Positions 1-8,772 of a stretch of 32,000 bases of DNA are shown here, piece after piece; position 1 is the stretch's first letter, and the number at the start of each line of letters is the position of its first letter. Location: assembly GCF_009734345.1 (NCBI RefSeq), contig NZ_CP032551.1:1530001-1562000 (forward strand). Direction: 5' to 3'. Both the position numbers and the translations under genes were made by a program. The DNA is from Pseudidiomarina andamanensis. Its GTDB lineage: Bacteria > Pseudomonadota > Gammaproteobacteria > Enterobacterales > Alteromonadaceae. Under the pieces are notes generated by a model. That model worked only from the letters and a program-made list of their open reading frames with translations. It had not been told where the DNA came from and made no database searches.

Positions 1-1
1 T

Positions 2-148
2 GATAGCTATCGCGTGGTTATTCGCCTGCAACGCGAGATTCTTGAAATTGCCGGCGAAGCCAGTGACGAAGGTACTGCTTCATTGATGAGTGACTACATT
101 AAAGAGCAAGAGAAAACTGCTTGGATGTTGACGTCATACTTAGGCTAA
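2..148 (+). CDS. dps: Dps-family DNA-protection/ferritin-like protein, C-terminal 48 codons (5' end lies outside the window)
   Basis: Frame 2 reads ...DSYRVVIRLQREILEIAGEASDEGTASLMSDYIKEQEKTAWMLTSYLG*. The EK..WML.SYLG ending is the typical Dps C-terminus. A hairpin terminator follows. Confidence 0.75.
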   Translation, partial: DSYRVVIRLQREILEIAGEASDEGTASLMSDYIKEQEKTAWMLTSYLG

Positions 149-162
149 GCCTTTTCTAGTCC

Positions 163-193
163 AAAAAGCCGCGCTTTTTAGCGCGGTTTTTTT
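163..193 (+). terminator. Intrinsic terminator downstream of dps
   Basis: Stem CCGCGC (169-174) pairs with GCGCGG (181-186) around a TTTTTA loop, followed by a 7-T run (187-193). Confidence 0.8.
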
Positions 194-199
194 ATCCCT

Positions 200-228
200 T
201 TCGCAAAATCTATTATTTTTGCTATGCT
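200..228 (+). promoter_or_regulatory. Candidate sigma70 promoter for the small membrane protein gene
   Basis: TTCGCA (200-205), 17-nt spacer, TATGCT (223-228). Identified by eye only. Confidence 0.35.
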
Positions 229-273
229 GAATCGGTAGTACCTTAATCCATGAAAATAAAAAGGAAAAATTCG

Positions 274-471
274 ATGAACAAAGTCATTGGAATCGTTCTG
301 TTAGTGGTAGGTGTTATTTTGCTGTATTTTGGTTGGGAAGCGTATAACTCAGTTGCCTCTGAAGCCACTCAAGCGCTTACTGGCGAAACCACCGACGAAG
401 CAATGTGGTACTTAATTGGTGGTGCTGTTGCTGTGATTGTCGGTTTATACGGCGTCATTCGCGGCAAGTAA
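274..471 (+). CDS. Small two-TM membrane protein (DUF3185-like)
   Basis: 65 aa, MNKVIGIVLLVVGVILLYFGW...YLIGGAVAVIVGLYGVIRGK, with two hydrophobic helices. AAAGGA lies 8 nt upstream of the ATG at 274. The ATG at 250 used by the ORF track has no SD. Confidence 0.6.
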   Translation: MNKVIGIVLLVVGVILLYFGWEAYNSVASEATQALTGETTDEAMWYLIGGAVAVIVGLYGVIRGK

Positions 472-486
472 AAGCAAGTGTTAATC

Positions 487-515
487 AAAAGCGAGCCTTA
501 ATGGCTCGCTTTTTT
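487..515. terminator. Bidirectional intrinsic terminator between the convergent small membrane protein gene and the MFS gene
   Basis: AAAA, stem GCGAGCC (491-497), loop TTAAT, stem GGCTCGC (503-509), then TTTTTT. The A-run and T-run flanks allow it to work on both strands. Confidence 0.8.
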
Positions 516-521
516 GTTGCG

Positions 522-1847
522 CTAGTCCTGCTGCACGTTTGGCAGACTAAGAGCGCGAAGCGATGCAACAATACCTAAGATTATGAGTAGACCAATTACT
601 GCCTCAACGCCTGCATAGCTCTCTAACACACCAAGCAGAATACCTAGCAATAAGACAATACCGATTACTGTATTGGATACGGCTGTATATTGCGCGCGCG
701 TTTCTTGAGTTGCCATGTCTACCAAGTAGGTTTTACGCCCGACTCGTGCGCCGTGGTGTGCTACAGCGGCGCTAAAAATAAGCAGCCCCGCTAACCACTG
801 CTGCGCTAACAACTCTGGAGTTAACACATACAAGGCGAGAGCTGCAGCCATCACAAATGTTGCCATTGCGGCCGCCGCTGCCATGACATGGTGACTGGCG
901 CTATCTGACCATTTCCCCCAAAACCGCCCCGCCAACATGCCGGCTAAACCGCTTGCTAACATAAGTCCACCTAGACTCGTTAAACTCCCCTCACCGCTAC
1001 GTTGAATCATGACGACAATGTATGGAATGGCAAACGCGGAAGCCACCAGCAGGGCTCGTGTGAGAACAAACTGGCCAAAATTTTTATCCTGCCACAACAA
1101 TCGAATCGATTTGAGTGCTTCAACGAGAGCATTACCACCGCCTTCAGTCGCTCCAGGTACTTCCGGTACACTAGCGTAAATAACTGCAGCAGCTAACCAC
1201 AACAATGCGGCAAAACTCAGCAACAGGATGAATAACCAAGCATCGCCTTGTTGACCGACATTTGTATATTCGGGTGCAAAAATGATGACCAAAGCTGTCG
1301 CCAAAGATAGAAAACCTGCAACTGAAGCAGCGAGCCCAGACAAGCGGCCACGCCGAGTTTTCGAAATGGTTTTGCCTTGCACATCTTTGATGGCGACCGA
1401 GCATACGCCGCGAGATAAACTAAATAGCGCCAGCAATGTGACGACAGCCCAGCCCAATAAGGTACCTTCGGCAAGTAAAATAGCGACTACCATACCAAGT
1501 AGCGACAATGCTTGCCCGACGCTACCCACCACCCAAAACCATTTTCGAATGGGCGTTTGACGCATTTGTTGTGCAATAAATAATTGTGGCAGCAACGCTA
1601 ACGATTCACGCAAGGGTACCAGTGCACTAATGAATACACTGGGTGCTCCTAGTGCGGTTAGCATCCACGGTAATACCAAACGAGCGCTAACGAGTGAATC
1701 ACCTAGCTTAGTTAGTGTTAGCGACCATAAGTGCGCCATAAAGGCTTGCGGTTGATCATTACAAGCACTCTCTGGAATATCTTTGCAGACACGAGCATCT
1801 TCATCCTCAGCTAACAATCCGTACATGCGGTCGGTAAGCTTCGACAT
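522..1847 (-). CDS. MFS-type transporter, about 12 TM, substrate unknown
   Basis: 441 aa and highly hydrophobic with repeated TM segments. A strong SD (GAGGAG) lies 5 nt upstream of the ATG. The gap to the upstream kinase gene is only 24 nt and has no hairpin. Confidence 0.7.
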   Translation of the reverse strand: MSKLTDRMYGLLAEDEDARVCKDIPESACNDQPQAFMAHLWSLTLTKLGDSLVSARLVLPWMLTALGAPSVFISALVPLRESLALLPQLFIAQQMRQTPIRKWFWVVGSVGQALSLLGMVVAILLAEGTLLGWAVVTLLALFSLSRGVCSVAIKDVQGKTISKTRRGRLSGLAASVAGFLSLATALVIIFAPEYTNVGQQGDAWLFILLLSFAALLWLAAAVIYASVPEVPGATEGGGNALVEALKSIRLLWQDKNFGQFVLTRALLVASAFAIPYIVVMIQRSGEGSLTSLGGLMLASGLAGMLAGRFWGKWSDSASHHVMAAAAAMATFVMAAALALYVLTPELLAQQWLAGLLIFSAAVAHHGARVGRKTYLVDMATQETRAQYTAVSNTVIGIVLLLGILLGVLESYAGVEAVIGLLIILGIVASLRALSLPNVQQD

Positions 1848-1871
1848 AAGCTCTCCTCGTGGGCGGTGAAT

Positions 1872-2654
1872 TTATAGATGGTGATGTTGCAGGTGGTGGT
1901 GTAATTCGTACCAAAGTTGACTAATAGTTTGTGAGAGCTCTAGCCAATTTTGCAAATGTTGAACATCCACACGCTCGCCCGATGCGCCTTCATATGCGTT
2001 AATAAAAGCTCGTTGCTCCGAACGTTCAAGCTGATTCACTTGAATACAGTTGGCTAAATCAAAATAGCGCTCACCAAGACCTGAGTACTCCCAGTCAATC
2101 ACTTGCGGCGGCTGACTTAGAAAGACATGATGAAAGGCCAAATCATTGTGACAAAATACCGGATTATTACCAAAACTATCTAATAGTTTTCGTTGTAGCT
2201 GTAAACGCTTCTGAAATTGTCTTGCTCGTTCTGGTTCATACTGCGCTAAATTATCGCAATAGCGCTGTACGCGGCTACGTAACGACCACACTGGAACATC
2301 GACAGGTAAACGATGGATGTGCGCGCAAATTTCACCAAGGCGCTGAATTTTTGTTCCCATCGATTTACTGTCGTGAGCGAGATCAGGCGTTTCAATAAAC
2401 GCTTGGAGCATAAGCCCTTGAACTGCGTCATAATGAAGTACTTCCGGAGCCAAGCCGTGATTAAACAGTATCTGTTGCACGGCAACTTCTTGGTCGCGAT
2501 CAAGCCCGTAAGGATGGTCAAAGCGAAAATGTTTGAGTACGTAGATGCCGCTCGTCGAAGTGATTTTATACACATCATTAGCGACACCCCGCAACAACGG
2601 TTCGGTTTTCATCACCCCATGTATCGGTAAGTTTGTTAACCAGTGTTGCTGCAT
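1872..2654 (-). CDS. ThiK/choline-kinase-like phosphotransferase (APH fold), probable thiamine kinase
   Basis: FCHNDLAFHHVFL...VIDWEYSGLGERYFDLA matches the catalytic loop and DWEY motif of E. coli ThiK (LHMDVHAGNLV...LIDWEYAGDGD). I place the start at the ATG at 2654 (AAGGA just upstream) rather than the SD-less GTG at 2684 in the ORF track, but the start remains uncertain. The gene overlaps the 3' end of the PnuC-family gene by 19 nt. Confidence 0.65.
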   Translation of the reverse strand: MQQHWLTNLPIHGVMKTEPLLRGVANDVYKITSTSGIYVLKHFRFDHPYGLDRDQEVAVQQILFNHGLAPEVLHYDAVQGLMLQAFIETPDLAHDSKSMGTKIQRLGEICAHIHRLPVDVPVWSLRSRVQRYCDNLAQYEPERARQFQKRLQLQRKLLDSFGNNPVFCHNDLAFHHVFLSQPPQVIDWEYSGLGERYFDLANCIQVNQLERSEQRAFINAYEGASGERVDVQHLQNWLELSQTISQLWYELHHHLQHHHL

Positions 2655-3202
2655 AATTCCTTTTGACCTCGGCGCCAATTCCACATGGCATATAGTATCA
2701 ACAAGATATAGATTGCAAAAAGCCCGCTGGTTTTCTCAAACCCTTTCACGGCATATAAGTAAATATACACACTATCAATGACAAGCCAATATAACCAATT
2801 AGAAAACAACTTGCGGGTTAGCAACCACGTTGCGAAGAGGCTGTAAATGGTGGTAAAGCTATCCAGCCAAACTTGGTCGGCGTCGGTATAGCGTTCAAGC
2901 AACCATGCACAGCAACTCGCTATCAGCGCCAGCACAACAATGGCACGCACATGCCACCACCAAGAATATTCCGCAACATCTTGCGCGGCAGCTCGTGCCT
3001 CACCAAATCGCCATTGCCACCAACCATAGGCCGAAAGCGCTACGTAGATAGCTTGCAGCCCTGACTCCATGTAGAGCTGCACTTGAAACATCAAGTAGGT
3101 ATATATTGCGCAACTGATTGCCCCTGCTAACCAACACCAAACCGATTGGCGCGCAGCTAACCACAAATACAGCAACGCAAAAGCAATGGCGATATTTTCC
3201 AA
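2636..3202 (-). CDS. PnuC-family vitamin transporter (PnuT-like, predicted thiamine uptake)
   Basis: 188 aa, about 7 TM, W-rich (YGWWQWRFG, WNWRR) as in PnuC nicotinamide-riboside transporters. TTG start with GGAG 7 nt upstream, and no alternative ATG before residue 38. The gene sits in a TPP-riboswitch operon. Confidence 0.75.
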   Translation of the reverse strand: MENIAIAFALLYLWLAARQSVWCWLAGAISCAIYTYLMFQVQLYMESGLQAIYVALSAYGWWQWRFGEARAAAQDVAEYSWWWHVRAIVVLALIASCCAWLLERYTDADQVWLDSFTTIYSLFATWLLTRKLFSNWLYWLVIDSVYIYLYAVKGFEKTSGLFAIYILLILYAMWNWRRGQKELCSNTG

Positions 3203-3216
3203 GCTCTCGCTCCCAA

Positions 3217-5289
3217 TTACATTGCGTAATTAAATGTTATACCAACGCGGCGCGGTTCACCCCACTGGACATAAGTCGTAGGTTGATATTCATCACGCGG
3301 GTCGTTACCGAAGTAGAAGCCGCGAGTAGCGTAATCTTCGTCGGTTAAGTTACGCCCCCACAAAGTAATACGCCACGCATCAACTTGCCACTGTAAACTG
3401 GCATGCAATAAATTATAAGACTCACTTTGGCTGTTGTGAGAATCAGAAAAATAGAAGCTATCTTTACTGTCAACTTGCACCGTAGCACTTAAGTTTTCAG
3501 TCACTTGCCAGTTGATACCGGTATTAACTTGATACCCTGGCGCGTGAGCTTGATCGCGGCCTTCCATATCGATGCCATCTTCGGTGACAAAACCTTCAAT
3601 CTTTGTATTCAGTAGGCCGACGTTAGCAAACCACCATACCTTTGGTGTCAGCGCAACATTCAACTCCGTTTCAAGACCGTAAACTTTACCACCGGCGGCA
3701 TTTTCAATGTAGCCAATAAACGTTTGCGCGCGGTTTATCCAACTTTTCAGCTGCACATCATCACGATTTTGTGCAAACAATGCCACATTAAGCGACAGCG
3801 TATCATCTACATTAATATACTTATAACCCGCTTCTAGGCTAGTTAAATACTCTGGAGCAAAGCTCGAGCGCTGTAACAGAAAGTCTTCGAGCTCTGGATT
3901 ATCTGTTGCTTTGCCGAGCGCTTCGGCATTAACACCACCGGTTTTGTAGCCACGCGACCAGGTTAAATAAGCCATCTGCCCAAAGGCTGGACTATAGCTT
4001 AAGCTCACACGGCCGCCGAGCATGGTGTCTCGAAGTTTAACTCCCACCGTGTTGGAATCTTGATAGACGTTACGATATCGCTCCAGACGCAAACCAGTGG
4101 TCAACTGCCATTGATCGCTCAAATATTGGGTGATTTCGCCGTAAAGTGCGTGGCGTTTACTTTCGTAATCACTGTTAAACATATCATCGGCGTAAGTATC
4201 CCAGTTCATGAATTCACGTCGCAAGTTTTCAGCACGACTAAGATGATACCAACCAATAACCCAGTCGGTTGAAAGACCCATCAAGTCTATCGGTTGTGTA
4301 CTTAACCAACGTGCTTCCAAAGTATGATCAAGACGTTCACGCCAATATGCATCCGTAGACGAATATTCCCAGCCCGGAGCAATACCAACGTAACTCCAAT
4401 CTTCATCATAGCTATACAGCGTATCAGCGCTTAACACACTGTAGCTAAAAACTGTTTCGTGCGTTTCTGCGCCACTGTAGGTTAACGCCATCCGCGCAGC
4501 CTTCATGGTTGCATCATCTTCGCCAGGTTCGTCGGACAGCGTTTGCCGCGTATTATCCAGTGAAAATGCATCATAACCATTGTCTTGGCGGTACAGGTGC
4601 GCGGTTGACCGTAACTGCCAATGGTCAGCAATATCTGTCCACAAATTAAACCGCGCGATGCGCTCTGAGCGTGATTGCGTATCGTCTCGTTGCAGATAGG
4701 TATTTTCAGTAAAACCATCATCCGCTTGCTGATAAACGCTCAACCGAGCACGGCCAAGAGCGCCGAGCTCACCACCGGCCGCAAAGCCTCCCTCAACAGC
4801 GCCATAATTCGCCGCGCCGAGTTGCCAAAAGCCATCAAATTTATCGCGCGCTTTAGTGCTCTCAAGAATCAACATACCGGCCATACCATCAGCACCAAAG
4901 CGACCACTCTGCGGCCCGCGATAGACTTCCACTTGGCTGATATCGAAAAGCTGTGCTGCCTGACCTAAACCGCTGTAGTTAATACCGTCAATAAGTATGC
5001 CAACTGACGGATTAATCGGATCAACAAACTGACTGCGCTCACCGATACCGCGAATTTGTAGAAAGCGAGCACGAGAGCTGCCGCTAGAGAAGTTCAGATT
5101 TGGAACGACGTTTAGTACGTCTTCCATATGCGTGCCATGACGTTGCCCTATAGCATCTGAAGTGAGCACTGACACACTGGTTGGCGCTTCATTGACGTAT
5201 AACGAACGATATTGACCTTGAACAGCAATACGTTCAACTGGGTCATCGGCAGCTACTGCTGCAACGAATAGTAAAGCAGGTGATAACAT
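3217..5289 (-). CDS. TonB-dependent outer-membrane receptor
   Basis: 690 aa with a short signal peptide, a TonB-box-like ERIAVQG and plug motifs (IRGIG, VEVYRGPQS). It has a beta-barrel and the terminal aromatic motif ...GITFNYAM. GAGGA lies 9 nt upstream of the ATG. Confidence 0.9.
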   Translation of the reverse strand: MLSPALLFVAAVAADDPVERIAVQGQYRSLYVNEAPTSVSVLTSDAIGQRHGTHMEDVLNVVPNLNFSSGSSRARFLQIRGIGERSQFVDPINPSVGILIDGINYSGLGQAAQLFDISQVEVYRGPQSGRFGADGMAGMLILESTKARDKFDGFWQLGAANYGAVEGGFAAGGELGALGRARLSVYQQADDGFTENTYLQRDDTQSRSERIARFNLWTDIADHWQLRSTAHLYRQDNGYDAFSLDNTRQTLSDEPGEDDATMKAARMALTYSGAETHETVFSYSVLSADTLYSYDEDWSYVGIAPGWEYSSTDAYWRERLDHTLEARWLSTQPIDLMGLSTDWVIGWYHLSRAENLRREFMNWDTYADDMFNSDYESKRHALYGEITQYLSDQWQLTTGLRLERYRNVYQDSNTVGVKLRDTMLGGRVSLSYSPAFGQMAYLTWSRGYKTGGVNAEALGKATDNPELEDFLLQRSSFAPEYLTSLEAGYKYINVDDTLSLNVALFAQNRDDVQLKSWINRAQTFIGYIENAAGGKVYGLETELNVALTPKVWWFANVGLLNTKIEGFVTEDGIDMEGRDQAHAPGYQVNTGINWQVTENLSATVQVDSKDSFYFSDSHNSQSESYNLLHASLQWQVDAWRITLWGRNLTDEDYATRGFYFGNDPRDEYQPTTYVQWGEPRRVGITFNYAM

Positions 5290-5358
5290 GGATTATTTCC
5301 TCAAAAACTTGTTCAGAAACAATCCGGTCGGGCAGGTTTTATAATGGAGTTTAATTGC

Positions 5359-5461
5359 TACCATCCCTACGCCAGTATTAACCGGATCAGGTGCAAAGGG
5401 TTTGCAAAACTGCATCTCAGCCAAACTGCACAAACCTGTGTCAGCAAGGCACCCCTTGGTA
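5359..5461 (-). promoter_or_regulatory. TPP (thiamine pyrophosphate, THI-box) riboswitch aptamer
   Basis: The minus strand reads UACCAAGGGGUGCC...GGCUGAGAUGCAG...AAACCCUUUGCACCUGAUCCGGUUAAUACUGGCGUAGGGAUGGUA. It contains the invariant GGGGUGC, CUGAGA and ACCCUUUG.ACCUGAUC.GG.UAAU.C..GCGUAGGGA blocks. P1 (UACCA/UGGUA) and P4 (CCGG/CUGG) pairings are present. The aptamer ends 70 nt upstream of the receptor ATG. Confidence 0.9.
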
Positions 5462-5473
5462 AATTGCGCGGCG

Positions 5474-5482
5474 AGTATAACA
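5474..5482 (-). promoter_or_regulatory. Candidate extended -10 promoter element (TGT-TATACT) for the riboswitch-led operon
   Basis: The minus strand reads TGTTATACT about 12 nt upstream of the aptamer P1 stem. I found no convincing -35. It lies just downstream of the fre stop codon. Confidence 0.35.
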
Positions 5483-5489
5483 GAACTGG

Positions 5490-6188
5490 TTAGATAAACG
5501 CCAGCGCATCTCCGTAAAGTTGGGTTAACGGCAAACCTTGCGCATGAAATGCGTCACGAATGACTCGTACCATTTCAAAGCGTCCAGCCACGTAAATATC
5601 AGCTTCATTGAGGTCCGTCTGTTCAGCCATTACCGCATGGTGAACCAAGCCTTGCGCGCCATGCCAAGTTTCAGGAGCATGTTCAACGACTGGGCGGTAA
5701 TGCATATTTGCATGACGATCCGAAAGCTCTTGCAACTGTTTATCGAGGTACAAGTCTTCTGGCTTACGTCCACCCCAGTAGAGCGTCACGGGGCGCTTCG
5801 AATCACTACGCAAGTGCGCTTGTAAAATTGACCACGTATATGAAAATCCTGTACCGCCAGCGATTAATATAAGTGGGCGCTCACTGTCACCACGAAGCCA
5901 TGCGTTGCCTAGCGGTGCTTCAATTGTGATCGCACCGGTATCGCGCATTTTTTGCAGTACTTCCATCGCATACGGGTTATCTGGCGTGGCACCAACATGA
6001 AGCTCAAGTTCTGAAGTTTTCGAAGGACACGAAGCAATCGAGAACGGCCGTTTGTCACGCTCTCCCATAACCACTTGAATATATTGCCCCGCTTGAAACT
6101 CAATGGGTTCCGGCAGCGCTAATACAATGCGATAAACAGTTGGCGTCAAATTTTCTATGGTCGCAACACGACACACGAATTGTTTCAT
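5490..6188 (-). CDS. fre: NAD(P)H-flavin reductase
   Basis: 232 aa. It appears colinear with E. coli Fre as I recall that sequence (RAGQY..VVM.ERDKRPFS.AS, ILIAGGTGFSY, YWGGR, IYIAGRFEM, GDAFAFI). It lies directly downstream of ubiD, as in E. coli. Confidence 0.9.
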   Translation of the reverse strand: MKQFVCRVATIENLTPTVYRIVLALPEPIEFQAGQYIQVVMGERDKRPFSIASCPSKTSELELHVGATPDNPYAMEVLQKMRDTGAITIEAPLGNAWLRGDSERPLILIAGGTGFSYTWSILQAHLRSDSKRPVTLYWGGRKPEDLYLDKQLQELSDRHANMHYRPVVEHAPETWHGAQGLVHHAVMAEQTDLNEADIYVAGRFEMVRVIRDAFHAQGLPLTQLYGDALAFI

Positions 6189-6203
6189 AACAGCTTAGTT
6201 TCC

Positions 6204-7670
6204 TTAAAGAATGTCCAGTTCGTCCCACAATGCATCAACGCGTTGCTTCACTTCAGCATCCATGACAATTGGCACGCCCCATTCGCGATCCGTTTCACCT
6301 GGCCACTTATTCGTTGCGTCCATTCCCATTTTTGAGCCAAGACCAGATACTGGTGACGCAAAATCGAGATAATCAATTGGTGTATTTTCAACCAACACTG
6401 TATCGCGCGCCGGATCCATTCGGGTCGTCATGGCCCAAATAACGTCTTTCCAATCGCGTGCGTTCACATCGTCATCGCAAACAATCACAAATTTCGTATA
6501 CATGAACTGGCGTAAGAAACTCCACACACCCATCATCACGCGCTTGGCATGACCAGCATACTGTTTCTTCATGGTGACTACGGCCACGCGATACGAACAG
6601 CCTTCAGGCGGTAAATAAAAATCCACAATCTCAGGAAATTGCTTTTGTAGTAGAGGCACAAACACTTCATTTAGCGCGACGCCAAGCACAGCCGGTTCAT
6701 CCGGTGGACGACCGGTATAGGTACTGTGATAAATCGGTTTCTCACGCATGGTGACATGGGTCACAGTAAATACTGGAAACTCATCCACTTCGTTATAATA
6801 GCCGGTGTGATCGCCATATGGTCCTTCCGGCGCCGTCTCATCAGGTGCGATATAGCCTTCGAGAATAATTTCAGCGTGCGCTGGCACCTGCAAATCGTTG
6901 CTAATACATTTTGCGACTTCGGTTTTGCCATCACGTAACAAACCCGCAAACGCGTATTCAGATAGGCTGTCCGGAACCGGCGTCACAGCGCCCAGAATCG
7001 TTGCTGGATCAGCGCCAAGAGCAACAGCCACAGGGAAGTTTTCACCCGGATGTGCACGCTTCCACTCATGAAAATCAAGTGCGCCACCACGGTGCGATAA
7101 CCAGCGCATGATTACCTTATTTTTGCTAAGCAACTGTTGCCGGTATATACCTAAGTTTTGTCGCTCTTTATGTGGACCACGGGTTACCGTAAGCCCCCAA
7201 GTAATCAGCGGCGCAACATCGCCGGGCCAGCAATGTTGAATGGGCAACTTGGTCAAATCAACATCATCGCCAGAGAGCACAATTGATTGGCACGGTGCTT
7301 TTTTTAGCTGCTTCGGTGACATGCTGAGTACTTTTTTGTACATCGGCAGCATGTTAATAGCATCGCGAAAACCTTTTGGCGGCTCGGGCTCTTTCAAAAA
7401 TGCCAGCAACTTACCAACATCACGCAAAGCTTCAACTGATTCTTGCCCCATGCCCAAAGCGACCCGTTCAGGTGTACCAAACAAGTTCGCCAGCACTGGA
7501 ACATCGTGACCTTTCACGTTTTCGAACAACAACGCAGGTCCTCCCGCCTTCAACGTGCGGTCGGCAATCTCGGTCATTTCAAGATAGGGATCAATTTCAT
7601 GTTGTATGCGCTTTAGTTCACCGCGCTTTTCCAACAACGCCATGAAATCGCGTAGGTCTTGATATTTCAC
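6204..7670 (-). CDS. ubiD: 4-hydroxy-3-polyprenylbenzoate decarboxylase
   Basis: 488 aa. [22 protein letters not shown]...[17 protein letters not shown] matches the E. coli UbiD N-terminus. GTG start with an in-frame TAA immediately upstream. Confidence 0.9.
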   Translation of the reverse strand: MKYQDLRDFMALLEKRGELKRIQHEIDPYLEMTEIADRTLKAGGPALLFENVKGHDVPVLANLFGTPERVALGMGQESVEALRDVGKLLAFLKEPEPPKGFRDAINMLPMYKKVLSMSPKQLKKAPCQSIVLSGDDVDLTKLPIQHCWPGDVAPLITWGLTVTRGPHKERQNLGIYRQQLLSKNKVIMRWLSHRGGALDFHEWKRAHPGENFPVAVALGADPATILGAVTPVPDSLSEYAFAGLLRDGKTEVAKCISNDLQVPAHAEIILEGYIAPDETAPEGPYGDHTGYYNEVDEFPVFTVTHVTMREKPIYHSTYTGRPPDEPAVLGVALNEVFVPLLQKQFPEIVDFYLPPEGCSYRVAVVTMKKQYAGHAKRVMMGVWSFLRQFMYTKFVIVCDDDVNARDWKDVIWAMTTRMDPARDTVLVENTPIDYLDFASPVSGLGSKMGMDATNKWPGETDREWGVPIVMDAEVKQRVDALWDELDIL

Positions 7671-7695
7671 TTAGGCTCTCGCTGTGGTTAATGAT

Positions 7696-7723
7696 TTACC
7701 AATAAGTCAGGGCGCAGTATAAA
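7696..7723 (+). promoter_or_regulatory. Candidate sigma70 promoter for the EEP-family gene
   Basis: TTACCA (7696-7701), 16-nt spacer, TATAAA (7718-7723). Identified by eye only. Confidence 0.3.
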
Positions 7724-7776
7724 TGTTTTTGTTATAGTTTTCAGCGCTGACTCGACGAACTCATAGGGATATCGTA

Positions 7777-8772
7777 ATGCTGGCTTTTTGGATCATCGCA
7801 CTCGTGACTGGTTTACTTGCACTGACCAGTTTATTACCGCGTTTGAACAAGACAATTTGGTGGGTACGCATTTGGGACTTTCCACGATTGCAGCAGAGCG
7901 CTGTGGCATTGCTCCTATTAATGGCTAGCACGGTTTTCCTGCCCGCTAACCAAATCAGTACCTGGTTGTTGGTTAGCGTTCAATTGGTTTGTGGCGCCTG
8001 GCAATTTTGGTGGATATTTCCCTACACGCCCTTTGCAGCGCGCACGGTCAAGCGCTACAAACGCAAGCGCGATGAGCCAAACGTTGATGAGCATATCCGG
8101 CTTTTAACCGTGAATGTATTAGAACCAAATCGTCGCGGCGTCGAATTAACCCAAATCATAAACGATAACCGTCCGGATATTATTGTCGCTGTGGAAACAG
8201 ACGAATGGTGGGAACAGCAATTCAGTGATATTGAAGATGACCTACCGCATGTTATTCGAAAACCGCAAAATAACTTGTACGGCATGATGGTGTACTCGAA
8301 ATGGCCGATGACCAACATTGAAGTCACCGACTTAATTCAAGAAGGTGTGCCGTCAATGCATTTTGATTTGCAACTACCAACGCGTGTTGTGCGCATGCAT
8401 TGTGTTCATCCAGCACCGCCAAGCCCAACAGAAAATGAAAAATCGAAACAACGCGATAACGAGTTAATGCTCGTCGCTAGACGGGCTCGTCAGGAAACTG
8501 GTCCGGTTATTGTTACTGGCGACTTAAATGACGTGGCATGGTCAAAATCGACTCGAGCCTTCTTAAAAGAAAGTCAGTTGCTTGATCCGCGCATGGGGCG
8601 TGGTATTTATAATACCTTCCATGCTCAAGTTCCAATTATGCGCTGGCCGCTTGACCACGTGTTTCACAGTGAACACTTTATGCTGGTAGCGCTCAAACGG
8701 CTTCCACCGTTTGGCTCAGATCATTTTGCGTTGCTGACCGAGTTAGCGCTAAAAAGCGAAGTTTCAGCTTAG
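7777..8772 (+). CDS. Membrane-anchored endonuclease/exonuclease/phosphatase (EEP) family protein
   Basis: 331 aa. The N-terminal ~85 aa hold about 3 TM helices. EEP motifs follow: LLTVNVLEPN (Asn/Glu), HCVHPAPP, GDLNDVAWS, PLDHVFHS, GSDHFALL. AGGGA lies 7 nt upstream of the ATG. Confidence 0.8.
   Translation: MLAFWIIALVTGLLALTSLLPRLNKTIWWVRIWDFPRLQQSAVALLLLMASTVFLPANQISTWLLVSVQLVCGAWQFWWIFPYTPFAARTVKRYKRKRDEPNVDEHIRLLTVNVLEPNRRGVELTQIINDNRPDIIVAVETDEWWEQQFSDIEDDLPHVIRKPQNNLYGMMVYSKWPMTNIEVTDLIQEGVPSMHFDLQLPTRVVRMHCVHPAPPSPTENEKSKQRDNELMLVARRARQETGPVIVTGDLNDVAWSKSTRAFLKESQLLDPRMGRGIYNTFHAQVPIMRWPLDHVFHSEHFMLVALKRLPPFGSDHFALLTELALKSEVSA

Noticed and set aside
1002-1560. Several 64-92-aa ORFs on both strands inside the MFS gene. 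Similar nested ORFs occur inside the TBDT, ubiD, ubiB, recG, hemB and ligase genes.
   Set aside because: All are embedded in longer ORFs with clear family signatures. None has an SD or recognisable motifs, so I treat them as frame shadows.
7741-7750. 10-nt perfect palindrome TCAGCGCTGA in the 5' region of the EEP gene
   Set aside because: It is a short, spacer-less self-complementary decamer. It is too small to distinguish from chance and has no supporting context.
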